A DNA stretch of 64,000 bases from Candidatus Babeliales bacterium (lineage in GTDB: Bacteria > Babelota > Babeliae > Babelales > Vermiphilaceae). Below, piece by piece: positions 21,826-31,363 of the stretch. Position 1 is the stretch's first letter; each line of letters begins with the position of its first letter. The position numbers were made by a program, and so were the translations under genes. The stretch lies in NCBI GenBank assembly GCA_963743635.1, contig CAVUQO010000003.1, positions 416,001 through 480,000 of the forward strand, given 5' to 3'. The notes below the pieces were generated by a model. It did not search any database. It worked only from the letters and a program-made list of their open reading frames with translations, and was not told the origin of the DNA.

Positions 21826-22515
21826 ATGATGAAACATCTGGCCTGCATTATGGATGGCAACCGCCGTTGGGCAAGAAAACGGGGTAAACTATCCGTTGAA
21901 GGCCACAAAGAAGGTGTTGAAACCGTGAAACGCGTGGTGCGTTTTTGTCTTGATAAACAGATTCCTTATCTCACGCTCTATACCTTTTCCCTTGAAAATT
22001 TTAAGCGTCCTGAAATCGAAAAGATGTATCTTTTTGATCTGATTGCAACGCAAGCGCAGCGCTTTATTGATTTATGTGTGCGCGATGACGTGCGCATTTT
22101 CTTCGTCGGTGATCGTGCATTATTTCCCGCCTCAACTATACCGGCCTGCGAACGCATCGAACGCGAGACAGCGCAGGGCAAAAAACTTACGGTGAACATA
22201 CTGTTTTGCTACGGGGGACAACAAGAAATTGTTGCCGGCGTGAAAAGCATTGTGGCGCAGGTTAAGAATGGATTACTCTCTGAAGCAGATATTGACACTG
22301 CACTTTTTAAAAAACAGTTATGGATGCATGATGCCCCGGAACCGGAACTCGTTATTCGTACCGGCGGTCATAAACGCTTGAGTAATTTTCTCCTGTTTCA
22401 CGTTGCATACAGCGAACTGTATTTTCTTGATTGTATGTGGCCAGATTTGACGGAAGCTGATTTAGAAAAAGCGCTCGCGCACTATGCGCAATCGGAGAGG
22501 AATCTTGGAGTATGA
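21826..22515 (+). CDS. uppS: Undecaprenyl diphosphate synthase
   Basis: IMDGNRRWA, YTFSLENFKRP, IRTGGHKRLSNFLL. Confidence 0.96.
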   Translation: MMKHLACIMDGNRRWARKRGKLSVEGHKEGVETVKRVVRFCLDKQIPYLTLYTFSLENFKRPEIEKMYLFDLIATQAQRFIDLCVRDDVRIFFVGDRALFPASTIPACERIERETAQGKKLTVNILFCYGGQQEIVAGVKSIVAQVKNGLLSEADIDTALFKKQLWMHDAPEPELVIRTGGHKRLSNFLLFHVAYSELYFLDCMWPDLTEADLEKALAHYAQSERNLGV

Positions 22516-23510
22516 AGAAAGTATGTGTGCTTGGCGATGGAGCATGGGGCACGGCAGTAGCGACGTTGCTCGCGCATAACGGTTATCAGGTAGCATTGTG
22601 GTGTTATAACCCTGAAAATGCAGCAGCAATTGCACGCATGCGCATGAACGAACGTTATTTGCCTGGAGTTGTCTTATCTGAACATATTATTCCTACCGCT
22701 TCACTCGAAGATGCGGTATGCGGCACGCGATGGGTATTCGAAGCGATTCCCGTACAGTATTTGCGATCCGTTATTCGTGAGGCTGCGCCATGCTTTACTC
22801 GTGATCAGGTATGGGTGGTACTTAGCAAGGGCATTGAACAACACACACTCTTATTACCAACGCAAATCATTGATGATGTCTCTGGTATTGAACACAAAAA
22901 AGCAGTATTTGCAGGACCAAGTTTTGCAGCTGATCTTGCCAACAAACAAGTGACTGCCGTTTCCGTAGCGGCAACCGATTGTAAGCTCGCCTATGAACTG
23001 CAATCCGTGCTTGAAAATGATTATTTCAAACCATTCTTTAACACTGATCTTATCGGCGTTCAGGTAGGCGGTGCGGTAAAAAATGTAATTACCTTAGCCG
23101 TTGGCATGCTTGAAGGTGCCGGATACACCGATAACACAAAAGCATTTTTAGTTACACGTGGACTTCACGAAATGACGATCATAGCCAAAGCGATTGGCGG
23201 CAATCCTGAAACGCTGTATGGCCTTTCAGGCGTTGGCGATTTAGTGCTCACCTCATTGGGAAGTCTAAGCAGAAATTTAGCCGTTGGCAAACGATTGGGC
23301 AAGGGTGACGCACTACAACCGATTCTTGATGAACTAGGGCATGTCCCCGAAGGAATCAACACTGTGCAAACCATGCAGAAGGTGATGCAGAAATATAAGC
23401 TGCAACTGCCGATTTGCAATGCAGTCTATGAGATTATTTTTGCAGGCAAGAAGATCGATCATTTGATCGCTGCTATGATGCAGCATTCGCCTGCAGAAGA
23501 ATGTAAATAA
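22512..23510 (+). CDS. gpsA: NAD(P)H-dependent glycerol-3-phosphate dehydrogenase
   Basis: GDGAWGTA, SKGIE, GPSFA, GAVKNV, GVGDLVLT, SRN. Confidence 0.96.
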   Translation: MKKVCVLGDGAWGTAVATLLAHNGYQVALWCYNPENAAAIARMRMNERYLPGVVLSEHIIPTASLEDAVCGTRWVFEAIPVQYLRSVIREAAPCFTRDQVWVVLSKGIEQHTLLLPTQIIDDVSGIEHKKAVFAGPSFAADLANKQVTAVSVAATDCKLAYELQSVLENDYFKPFFNTDLIGVQVGGAVKNVITLAVGMLEGAGYTDNTKAFLVTRGLHEMTIIAKAIGGNPETLYGLSGVGDLVLTSLGSLSRNLAVGKRLGKGDALQPILDELGHVPEGINTVQTMQKVMQKYKLQLPICNAVYEIIFAGKKIDHLIAAMMQHSPAEECK

Positions 23511-23515
23511 TCCTA

Positions 23516-24001
23516 TTAACCCAGATGATCGACATAACGGCCTGATCCGTCTCCTGGTCTATCAGAGGCAATCAGCATCGCTACTAAGGTTGTTTGCAGT
23601 TCGCGTTCAAGGGCAGCAATGAGATTTTTTTCTTTGTTAATATTTGCTCTGAGCTCGGAATTGTCGGTCGTGCTGCTATCAGTGGTTGCATATTTTTCTT
23701 GTTGGTGCAGCTGAGCGTTCAGGACTTTAATGTTATCAGCGGCTGCTCTTTGAAGCCCGATTAATTGTTCTTTAAATGCTTCATCAGAAAGGGAGGTGAG
23801 TGGTGCTTGTAAAACGGTGTTATAGGCCTGCGCATAACATTCTTTGATATCTTGTACTGTTGTATGAACATTTGCGTTACATAGACCGAGCGCCTTTACA
23901 AGTTTTGTTATCAGCGCTTCTTCCTCAGGGAACATCACGGTAGATGTGCTGCATGAGCTGAGTATCAATGCGGTAAGAAGAATATTATTTATTTTAGGCA
24001 T
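23516..24001 (-). CDS. Secreted coiled-coil hypothetical protein (possible lipoprotein)
   Basis: GGAGG RBS, LSSC lipobox-like motif. Confidence 0.65.
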   Translation of the reverse strand: MPKINNILLTALILSSCSTSTVMFPEEEALITKLVKALGLCNANVHTTVQDIKECYAQAYNTVLQAPLTSLSDEAFKEQLIGLQRAAADNIKVLNAQLHQQEKYATTDSSTTDNSELRANINKEKNLIAALERELQTTLVAMLIASDRPGDGSGRYVDHLG

Positions 24002-24133
24002 ATCAGACCTCCGTTAAAGGGGATGGTATTAACGATTGGCATCATAGCAGGTCGGAAGAAAGAGTGAAAGATTCTAACAATAAGGGCCGAGATTTTGTAT
24101 TCAGCCCTTATTTTTAGAAGTTGTTGATATGCT

Positions 24134-24535
24134 TTAACGCATTGAGCATTGCATGCGTTCCCATAGAGATGCTTTTACTGTGCCTTTATAGCATCGTTGT
24201 TGTTTATCGATATAAAAATCTTTTTTTGCAGTGATAGCAGCTAATTGAGTCTTGAAAGATTCGCGTGCGGAATCATCTTCTGCTTTCAATTCTGATTGAG
24301 CAATTTTTTGCTCTAATTCCTTTTGCTGCTTGGTGAGATCTTCTAAGATTGGCAGCACAAATTGGTTCAAGACACCACAGAGTACGAAACATTCTCCAAA
24401 GTTATCAGATTGCTTACATCTTTCGAGGTGATCATCAAGTGTTTTTAATTCTTCAGGGGTTTTTCCCAAGTCAGTATAGGTGTTTGCGCCAGTGACCATC
24501 AGTGCGGCTAAAAAGATACGTTTTATGTTTTGCAT
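24134..24535 (-). CDS. Secreted coiled-coil hypothetical protein
   Basis: MQNIKRIFLAALMVTGA after an AGGAG RBS. Confidence 0.7.
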   Translation of the reverse strand: MQNIKRIFLAALMVTGANTYTDLGKTPEELKTLDDHLERCKQSDNFGECFVLCGVLNQFVLPILEDLTKQQKELEQKIAQSELKAEDDSARESFKTQLAAITAKKDFYIDKQQRCYKGTVKASLWERMQCSMR

Positions 24536-24725
24536 AATGACTCCTGCAAATAGAATGTAAATAATTGCGGCGATCATAGCACAATATAATGCAGTGTGCA
24601 AAGGAATATTAACGGTAACAGGAACTCGACTTAATAAGTTATATTTTAAGGTTATTTTCCTCCCGTTCGTTCTGGCTTAAGCGCTGCCTACAATGGATCC
24701 TTATTGATAAAGCCTTGCCTTCTCA

Positions 24726-24900
24726 CCGTTCGCCCAGAGGTTTTTTCGACCAGAGGGAGAAAAATAGCGAGGGGTGCAAACCAAAAATTGCTGTTCGCTA
24801 TTTCACATTAAATAAAATTAAAAGTCAAAGCCTATTTATTCCCTAACCCACTCGCTATTTTTCTATCCATAAGGATAGAAAAAACCTCTGGGCGAACGGG
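24726..24900. repeat. REPIN-like inverted pair (family 1)
   Basis: CCGTTCGCCCAGAGGTTTTTTC...AAAAATAGCGAG and its inverse CTCGCTATTTTTC...GAAAAAACCTCTGGGCGAACGG. Confidence 0.85.
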
Positions 24901-25032
24901 AATAAGTATCTCTCTTTGTGCATTCTAAGAGGAAAAAATGTGGGTAATGGATAGTCGTCACCTAGTAGCCCGGAAGGGCGTCATGCGGGACATAAGGAGA
25001 AAGCAAATTTGTGTACTGCTTAAAACAGGAAG

Positions 25033-25713
25033 CTATAGAATCCCAAGCGCTTGCAAATCTTTCTTCACTTGCTTTGCCGATTTAAGGCGAATCCCATCCA
25101 AGCCGTAATCGTTTGCAGCTTTAACGTTCTTCTGATCGCTATTAATATAAATCATGTGCGCATCGACACCAATTAATTTGTGGAGTATGTGCAAAAACTC
25201 AAACAATTCATAGTTTGGTGCTCCGAGCGAGCTCTTATTATCGTAATCAACTGACATGATTTCCTGGTTTAAGACTTCAAGTGCAGCGCGCTTATTGAGC
25301 GGCATAATATCATCAAACGTGTATTCATTGACGCTCGAGACAATAGTTACTTCGTACTCTTTGGCCTCAATAGCGTTGATCAAGTCAATTATATCTTGAT
25401 TAATGCAGTACGCAGCTGACCACTGATTCACGAATTCAGCTTGTTTTGAGTAGCCATGCTTTTTGAGTTTTGATGCATAGGCTTGGCAGTCAGCGCAATC
25501 ATGATTTGACACGTCTTTAAATGCCATGAGCAATCCAGGATAGTTCTGCTTGAAAGCAGCAAGCAAGGATGCTTTTTTGGTTGGTTTGAGCACAACGTCA
25601 TAAAGATCGAAGAAAAGAGCGGTGTTCTCATAATTATGGTTTGCATACATTGCTGAATGTGCACTCAGGGCACAGATAGAAATCAGTGCGTAATTGCGTA
25701 GTGTAGTAATCAT
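25033..25713 (-). CDS. Secreted HAD-like protein with degenerate active site
   Basis: Signal peptide, FFDLYDVV, motif IV eroded to YINSD; tandem paralog of the next gene. Confidence 0.75.
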   Translation of the reverse strand: MITTLRNYALISICALSAHSAMYANHNYENTALFFDLYDVVLKPTKKASLLAAFKQNYPGLLMAFKDVSNHDCADCQAYASKLKKHGYSKQAEFVNQWSAAYCINQDIIDLINAIEAKEYEVTIVSSVNEYTFDDIMPLNKRAALEVLNQEIMSVDYDNKSSLGAPNYELFEFLHILHKLIGVDAHMIYINSDQKNVKAANDYGLDGIRLKSAKQVKKDLQALGIL

Positions 25714-25753
25714 AATATGTTCCTATTTATAGATGGATTAGGTTTATAAAATT

Positions 25754-26461
25754 TTAAAGAATCCCAAGCGCTTGAAACTCTTTCTTCAATTGTTTAGCAG
25801 ATTTAAAGCGTATGCCGTGTAGTCCGCAGTTTTCTGCTGCTTTAACATTTTCCTTTTTATCGTCAACAAATAGTGCATGCGTATCGCTGCCGCAGTTATT
25901 GCGTAAGACTGCAAAATATTCAGGATTTGGTTTTGAGACGAAGTCTTGACCTTCATAATCAACAAAAACGAGCTCATCAAACGATTCAATTGCAGTGCGC
26001 ACTTTTATGCGTTTTTCCAGTTTTTGGCCATTATCAAAGAGATGAGGATTTAAAAGATCATCAAGATTTTGGCGACCAATATTGGATGCCATACTGACGG
26101 TATATCCTTTAGCTTTTAGTGCGTTGATGATCTCAACGACATCCGCATTAACTTTGTATGCGGTAGAAAATTTACGTACAAGCGCTGCCTGTTTTTTAGA
26201 TCCGCGTTCTTTGAGCTTCAAAGCATATTCTTCGCCATTATTAAGACCATCTTTTGACACCATATTGCGGGCAAATCTTATCGTGCGAATGGGATTTGTT
26301 ATGGTTAGTTTGATACGGCGTTTGCTATCTTTCTTGAGTACTACATCATGCAGATCGAAGAAAATGGTCGTATTTTGGGGATTATAGGTCGGATTAGCCC
26401 CGAGTTGGGCTGTGAGTGTGCAGGCGATAATAAGCGCGTAACGGCGAAGCTGATTAACCAT
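25754..26461 (-). CDS. Secreted HAD-family hydrolase
   Basis: Signal peptide, FFDLHDVV, ASN, SKPNP, FVDDKKENV. Confidence 0.8.
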   Translation of the reverse strand: MVNQLRRYALIIACTLTAQLGANPTYNPQNTTIFFDLHDVVLKKDSKRRIKLTITNPIRTIRFARNMVSKDGLNNGEEYALKLKERGSKKQAALVRKFSTAYKVNADVVEIINALKAKGYTVSMASNIGRQNLDDLLNPHLFDNGQKLEKRIKVRTAIESFDELVFVDYEGQDFVSKPNPEYFAVLRNNCGSDTHALFVDDKKENVKAAENCGLHGIRFKSAKQLKKEFQALGIL

Positions 26462-26536
26462 AGAAAGCCTCCATTTATGGCTGAGATACAGTACTTTACC
26501 TCTTTAGTATAGCACATTCTGGGGGTTTAAAAAATG

Positions 26537-26721
26537 CCCCGCTATCGCTAAGGCTTCGAAGGGCAGGGGCCTCTAAAGGAATAAGGGATAAAAGGGGTGT
26601 TCCTGGGAAAGAGACCATTCTCAAGCAAAAGAGGCACCCGATGGAACGGGAATGAATATCATTCTTAAATTGTGGTGTTTTGGGAAGGAACCCTACTTCG
26701 CTAAAAGCTACGAAGGGCAAG
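26537..26721. repeat. Two family-2 REP-like palindromes
   Basis: CCCGCTATCGCTAAGGCTTCGAAGGGCAG and CCCTACTTCGCTAAAAGCTACGAAGGGCAAG. Confidence 0.6.
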
Positions 26722-26936
26722 TGGGGGGATGGTGTGCCGCTGAAAGGCGGGCTTTAATGCGGATTTACCCTACGCTAATACTTCGAAGTGTTACCTCAGG
26801 AAGTGTTTTGCTCTGTCGGCTATTTTACTTCGGCTATACCCGATCTCTAAGTAGATGCTTCTGTATGAAGTAAAATAATAAGGGGCAGCCCGAAAGCCGC
26901 CCCCGCTTCACTCTCTAGAGATAAATCTGGAATGGG

Positions 26937-27278
26937 TTAGATCATAACCTCAGCTACTTCAGCTGCTTTTTCTTCTACAGCAGTAGCTTCTGAATTTTTT
27001 GTGCGAATATCAGCAACGATAGTTGCTACATCTGCATTTACACCTTCTTGATCAAGACGGCTGCGAAGCTCAACGCTTTCAGTGTCAGTAAGATCAAAAT
27101 CAAGTTCTGCTTGGCGTACGATGTCATCAATTGAAGTTTCTTGAGCAACTTCAGCGACTACTGAAGACTCATGAGTGCAATCAGCTGAACAGGTTGTTTC
27201 AACTACTTCAGAGTTAGCAAAAGCTGCAGCTGAAGAAAGAAGTGCTATTGACAATGTTAAACGAGTGATGTTCATCAT
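26937..27278 (-). CDS. Small acidic secreted protein
   Basis: MMNITRLTLSIALLSSAAAFA signal peptide; GC hairpin downstream near 26881-26904. Confidence 0.75.
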   Translation of the reverse strand: MMNITRLTLSIALLSSAAAFANSEVVETTCSADCTHESSVVAEVAQETSIDDIVRQAELDFDLTDTESVELRSRLDQEGVNADVATIVADIRTKNSEATAVEEKAAEVAEVMI

Positions 27279-27418
27279 ATCCCTTTCGTTGGGAAGGTAG
27301 AATTGTTGTGATTTCAAAATGATATACTTGATTACTACTCTGGTATCTCATCACTAAAGTGAGTTTGATACCTGTTTTTAGTGTAGCCTATTGGGCTTTT
27401 TTGTCAAATTGATAGTAA

Positions 27419-27730
27419 TTACTGGTTCAGCAATAGGGCAGCCATAATGATGTATGCCAGAAAGCCAGACCCCATCATTGCGAAACCGTGTTTATAGTCA
27501 GTAGTCCACTCATGCATTACTGCGGGAGCCTGATTGGCTGCTGAATTTGTTGCCGCCCCGGTTACTTTAAGATAGCTTTTTGCTTCTCTGATCTTTTTCG
27601 CGCCTATCAAGCATAAGACGGTGCCCACCCCACCACAATATCCTGAAGCAAATGAGGATACACTTGCAACAAGAGGAGTAGTGGTTGAGATAGATGCTGC
27701 AATGAGGAGTGCGCAGAGTTGTTTCTTCAT
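27419..27730 (-). CDS. Small secreted/membrane protein
   Basis: MKKQLCALLIAASIST leader and two hydrophobic segments. Confidence 0.7.
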   Translation of the reverse strand: MKKQLCALLIAASISTTTPLVASVSSFASGYCGGVGTVLCLIGAKKIREAKSYLKVTGAATNSAANQAPAVMHEWTTDYKHGFAMMGSGFLAYIIMAALLLNQ

Positions 27731-27765
27731 AATGAATTCCTTATGAATTCCTTTTTTCTGTGGAT

Positions 27766-28305
27766 TTAAGCAGGGTTTGTTTTAAAGTTGTCTGTATTTC
27801 TGTAATAAAGATACAATGCCAGAGCAGCGCCGGCAATAAGAAATGCCCCACCATATATATGAGTTTGCTTGCTGATCACTTGTAGGGAACTCGTATCTTT
27901 ATATACAGAAGGTGATGTTTGGATTCCATTATTGCTGATGATTGTGCTAGGATCTTGAATCATTTGATAGAGTTTATTTGCACATTCTTTATAAACGGGC
28001 ACCGTTTCGTACTGATGATTTAAGGTGAAATTGTTTGTATTTTTATGAAAAGATCCATGAGACGCCTTTAAAACGGTTTTGGTATCTATTTGTTTGAGAA
28101 TATATTTTGGTAAATATAACGCATTTTCGGCAGCTGCCATGAGATAAAATCCATAGACGGCCGTAGAAGCTGCGAGTGTGGTAACTATGCCATCTGTGAG
28201 GCCTTGGGCGTAGGCTTTTACGTTCAGGTCAGAATGCTGTTCAGCATACATTGGTGCCGTTGAAACGCAGGCTGCGATCAATAAGGCGAAAATTTTCTTA
28301 TTCAT
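27766..28305 (-). CDS. Secreted/membrane protein related to the neighbouring gene
   Basis: MNKKIFALLIAACVST leader and two hydrophobic segments. Confidence 0.7.
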   Translation of the reverse strand: MNKKIFALLIAACVSTAPMYAEQHSDLNVKAYAQGLTDGIVTTLAASTAVYGFYLMAAAENALYLPKYILKQIDTKTVLKASHGSFHKNTNNFTLNHQYETVPVYKECANKLYQMIQDPSTIISNNGIQTSPSVYKDTSSLQVISKQTHIYGGAFLIAGAALALYLYYRNTDNFKTNPA

Positions 28306-28402
28306 ATAAATTCCATATAAGTGCGGTTTATACTATGTTTTTTACCTTTTCAGGTTATGCAAAAAAGACGATTTTGTCCAATTTGAAAAGGCATTTGAGC
28401 GC

Positions 28403-29107
28403 TTATGGCTGGTACATAACCTGCAGATTGAGCTGCAATGGTTTTGCATCATCGAGAGTGATCAAAGAGCCGGCGAGTGGACGTTGATCGACGATAACGC
28501 ATGCCGTACAGCGATGAGGGGGTGTTGGTGATGTGTGGGATATCTGCGTAGTGATTGGTTGCGTAGCGAGGTGTTCTTGCACTTCTTGGACAGTCAATTG
28601 TTTGAAGTTGGGCAAGAGTATAGGTTTACGGTTTCCTGCTGAGAGGTACACAATCATGGTGTTATCGGTGACTGTCTGATTGGCAGATGGATATTGGGCA
28701 AAGCAATGGTCTACTGGATAGATGCTTGGCAACGAATAGAGTTTCGCGCGAATACCGCGTGCGTGCGCTTCATTCAAAATGGTTTTTTTTGATGCATTAA
28801 TGCATTGAGGCGCGCGTGGTAGTGGGGTTGGTTTTGATATGACCAAGAAAACCGATTGTTGCGGCTTGATGCGTGTTGCTGGCGCTGGTGTTTGGCTTAA
28901 AACGGTTCCTGCGGGAATATCGGAATCTTCTTTTTCGCGTAAGATACGCGGGTACAAATTGCGTTCAGAAAGAAGCGCGAATGCATCGGGCAATTGCATA
29001 CCGATTAATGAGGGAGTGGGTAACTCATCCGCATGGTAGATGGTCCGCATGCTGTAATAGCCTGCAAGAAAAAATATAAACGGAAAAATCCAAATGAGAC
29101 GATTCAC
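28403..29107 (-). CDS. PASTA-domain protein
   Basis: N-terminal TM, then TPSLIGM...GTVLSQTPAP, FAQYPSA, IVDQRPLAG; GTG start at 29107 because the longer ORF overlaps rnpB. Confidence 0.8.
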   Translation of the reverse strand: MNRLIWIFPFIFFLAGYYSMRTIYHADELPTPSLIGMQLPDAFALLSERNLYPRILREKEDSDIPAGTVLSQTPAPATRIKPQQSVFLVISKPTPLPRAPQCINASKKTILNEAHARGIRAKLYSLPSIYPVDHCFAQYPSANQTVTDNTMIVYLSAGNRKPILLPNFKQLTVQEVQEHLATQPITTQISHTSPTPPHRCTACVIVDQRPLAGSLITLDDAKPLQLNLQVMYQP

Positions 29108-29158
29108 AAACTCTCTACTTTTCTTATCAGGATGATTGGGACGTAGATAGGTGAGTAG

Positions 29159-29515
29159 GCGGTGTCCGTAAGCCGGATTCTGTTCTCTACACATTTGCGC
29201 GAGTAGAGTGACAACCATTTATCTATGCGACATACCCGTGTGTTTAAATCGGAACGAATGACCGGACACACTGTTTTGTCTTGCTCCTGGTAGGGTTTAC
29301 CCCTCAAATACATTGCTGCATCTGATCGTGCGCTCTTACCGCACGTTTTCACCCTTACCAAAACCACACGTGGTTTTGGCGGTTATTTTCTGTGGCACTT
29401 TCCATGGGCTTTCGCCCCCCTTACTTGCCTAGACTCGTAAGGCACCATATTCGCTCGGAGTCCGGACTTTCCTCCCCCTGTTTTTTAGGACAAGGAGCGA
29501 TTGCCTGTACACCGT
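29159..29515 (-). ncRNA. rnpB: RNase P RNA (bacterial type A)
   Basis: Minus strand has GAGGAAAGTCCGG, GGAAAGTGCCACAGAAA, GGTAAACCC...GAGCAAG and ACAGAATCCGGCTTA. Confidence 0.97.
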
Positions 29516-29517
29516 AC

Positions 29518-29955
29518 TCACCATATCAAAGAATTACTCAGTAATACTATCATATTAGCAATAAATGAGCCGATTGTATACAGGTTAAGGGATGGGAACT
29601 GATTGGTCAGGCTGTGAATAAGGCCTATTTGTAGAGCCATGCAAAGAGCCAGGATTATGGGCGGATACACCAAGCGGGGCACGAGCACCTTTTTGAGGTG
29701 AAAAACGAGTGCGGTTATAGGGAGTAAAAAAAGGGTTGCGAGGCTCAATGAATCATAGACCATAAACCACTCCAGATGGATGAATGCAACGGCAAGCAGC
29801 AGCGGCCAAAATGATGGCTGGTTAAAGAGCCGTGCGATGTAGTAGCAGAGTACGCATTGGATCAAGAGTTGTTTGAACAGCATGATGCTGCATAGATCAA
29901 GAAAGAAGAGGGCGAAAATGGTTAAGATTTGCAACAAGGGATTTATATAATTCAT
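29518..29955 (-). CDS. Small integral membrane protein (MreD-like size and topology)
   Basis: About five hydrophobic helices, no diagnostic motif. Confidence 0.6.
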   Translation of the reverse strand: MNYINPLLQILTIFALFFLDLCSIMLFKQLLIQCVLCYYIARLFNQPSFWPLLLAVAFIHLEWFMVYDSLSLATLFLLPITALVFHLKKVLVPRLVYPPIILALCMALQIGLIHSLTNQFPSLNLYTIGSFIANMIVLLSNSLIW

Positions 29956-30037
29956 AGTACTTACAAAAACAATTTAAGGTGGCTGGAAGTAATCGTAACC
30001 TGTTGCACTCTATAACTCAAGCTCTTCGATTGATATT

Positions 30038-30073
30038 AAAAAAAGCGAGAGGTATTTGATTACCTCTCGCCTT
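30038..30073 (-). terminator. Rho-independent terminator
   Basis: GCGAGAGGTA...TACCTCTCGC with an adjacent A-run (U-tract on the minus strand). Confidence 0.75.
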
Positions 30074-30091
30074 ATTTATGAGCATTCAATT

Positions 30092-31087
30092 TTAGAAATG
30101 ATATTCTCGGTAGTTTTTTGCAGCGGCAATGTTCCGCTCATCTTCAGGTGTTAGTTTTTTCGGTTGTTCTACCGTTTTTTTAATTTCGGTATTTTCAAGA
30201 ATTCGTTCAGCCATATCAGTTACTTCGCTTGGTAATGAGTCGTTTTTTAGCAAAGCAGGATCAATAGATGCTGTTGGCGTTTGAGCAAGGAGTTCTGCTT
30301 CGAGCGCAGCTTGTTCAGTTTTTAATGCCTGAGCAATGCTGAGACGTTCAGCTCTGAGTGTTGCGCGTTCAATAATAGTGCGCATGAGTTGTTCATTTAA
30401 TGCGCGGCGATCTCTTTCTAAGATTCTGGTATCAGCACTTGATGGTTCTTGAAGCGATAATCTTTTAAACAATTTATTTTCGAGCGCATCTAATGCAACC
30501 ATATCTTTTGACGCTAATTTTTTGTATTTCTCGCTTTTCCATATGGTAACTGATGGATTAAAGAATGTGATGAGAGGTATCAAATCGCGATAATTATTAT
30601 GAAATATTGCATAGGTGTTATCCCACGTATTTTCAATGGGCGATCCGGGTATTAATCCATCTTTAAAACTTTTGGCAAGTCTACTGCCGAGCGTTACTCT
30701 TTTACGTCCATCGGCGGGAAATAAATCCATAGCCCTGCACGTATTGCGCATGACGGCGTTAGTGAGTTTATTTCTGTTTTCATAGGCATCATTCAGCATG
30801 TTTTCAGTGTAGGCATAACGCTGATCTAATGATTCGCTTTGTGCCGTGAGTGCTTTTATTTTGTTCGTGTGTTTGATGATCATTGCTTGATTTGGTTTTT
30901 GGTGATCAATAGCATCGCCTAACCCGCGCGTACCAGTTGAAAAGGTACGAGTGAAGGTCAATTTAAGGCTTTGTATTGCCGTGGAGGCTGCAAGAGCCAA
31001 ACCGCGTGTTCCCTGCATTGCCTGGATGGAGTTACCCAAACAGACTGCAAACAGAGTAATTATAGTGAAATAAGCATGTTTCTTCAT
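30092..31087 (-). CDS. Secreted coiled-coil protein with mitochondrial-presequence-like mature N-terminus
   Basis: Signal peptide ending IQA|M, then 34 aa without D/E including RTFST; helical heptad-rich body. Confidence 0.75.
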   Translation of the reverse strand: MKKHAYFTIITLFAVCLGNSIQAMQGTRGLALAASTAIQSLKLTFTRTFSTGTRGLGDAIDHQKPNQAMIIKHTNKIKALTAQSESLDQRYAYTENMLNDAYENRNKLTNAVMRNTCRAMDLFPADGRKRVTLGSRLAKSFKDGLIPGSPIENTWDNTYAIFHNNYRDLIPLITFFNPSVTIWKSEKYKKLASKDMVALDALENKLFKRLSLQEPSSADTRILERDRRALNEQLMRTIIERATLRAERLSIAQALKTEQAALEAELLAQTPTASIDPALLKNDSLPSEVTDMAERILENTEIKKTVEQPKKLTPEDERNIAAAKNYREYHF

Positions 31088-31363
31088 ACCATTCTCCTGT
31101 TATTAAAAGATATATAGAGGACGTCCTCTATATAATATTATCAAATTGAAATGTTTTGTAAAATGGGTAGGGGCTATTCTATGCCCTTAAAATAGCTATT
31201 TCCAGGGGCAATGCCTGGGGTTGTTTGAACGCATTTTTGAAAATTTGGCTATTTTGAGTTTTTCAGACATGAAATAATGGCGAGGGGATTCTAGGGCAAT
31301 ATTTTGGCGGTAATTTCCTACGGAAGTCGTATACTATATGGGGTATATAAAGGGATTATTTTC

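Noticed and set aside
26496..26873. Short ORFs 26496-26720 and 26652-26873 (likewise 40505-40747 and 43803-44073)
   Set aside because: They run across palindromic repeats and show no protein-like features
29104..29367. 87-aa ORF and the 5' extension of the PASTA ORF
   Set aside because: Both lie within RNase P RNA
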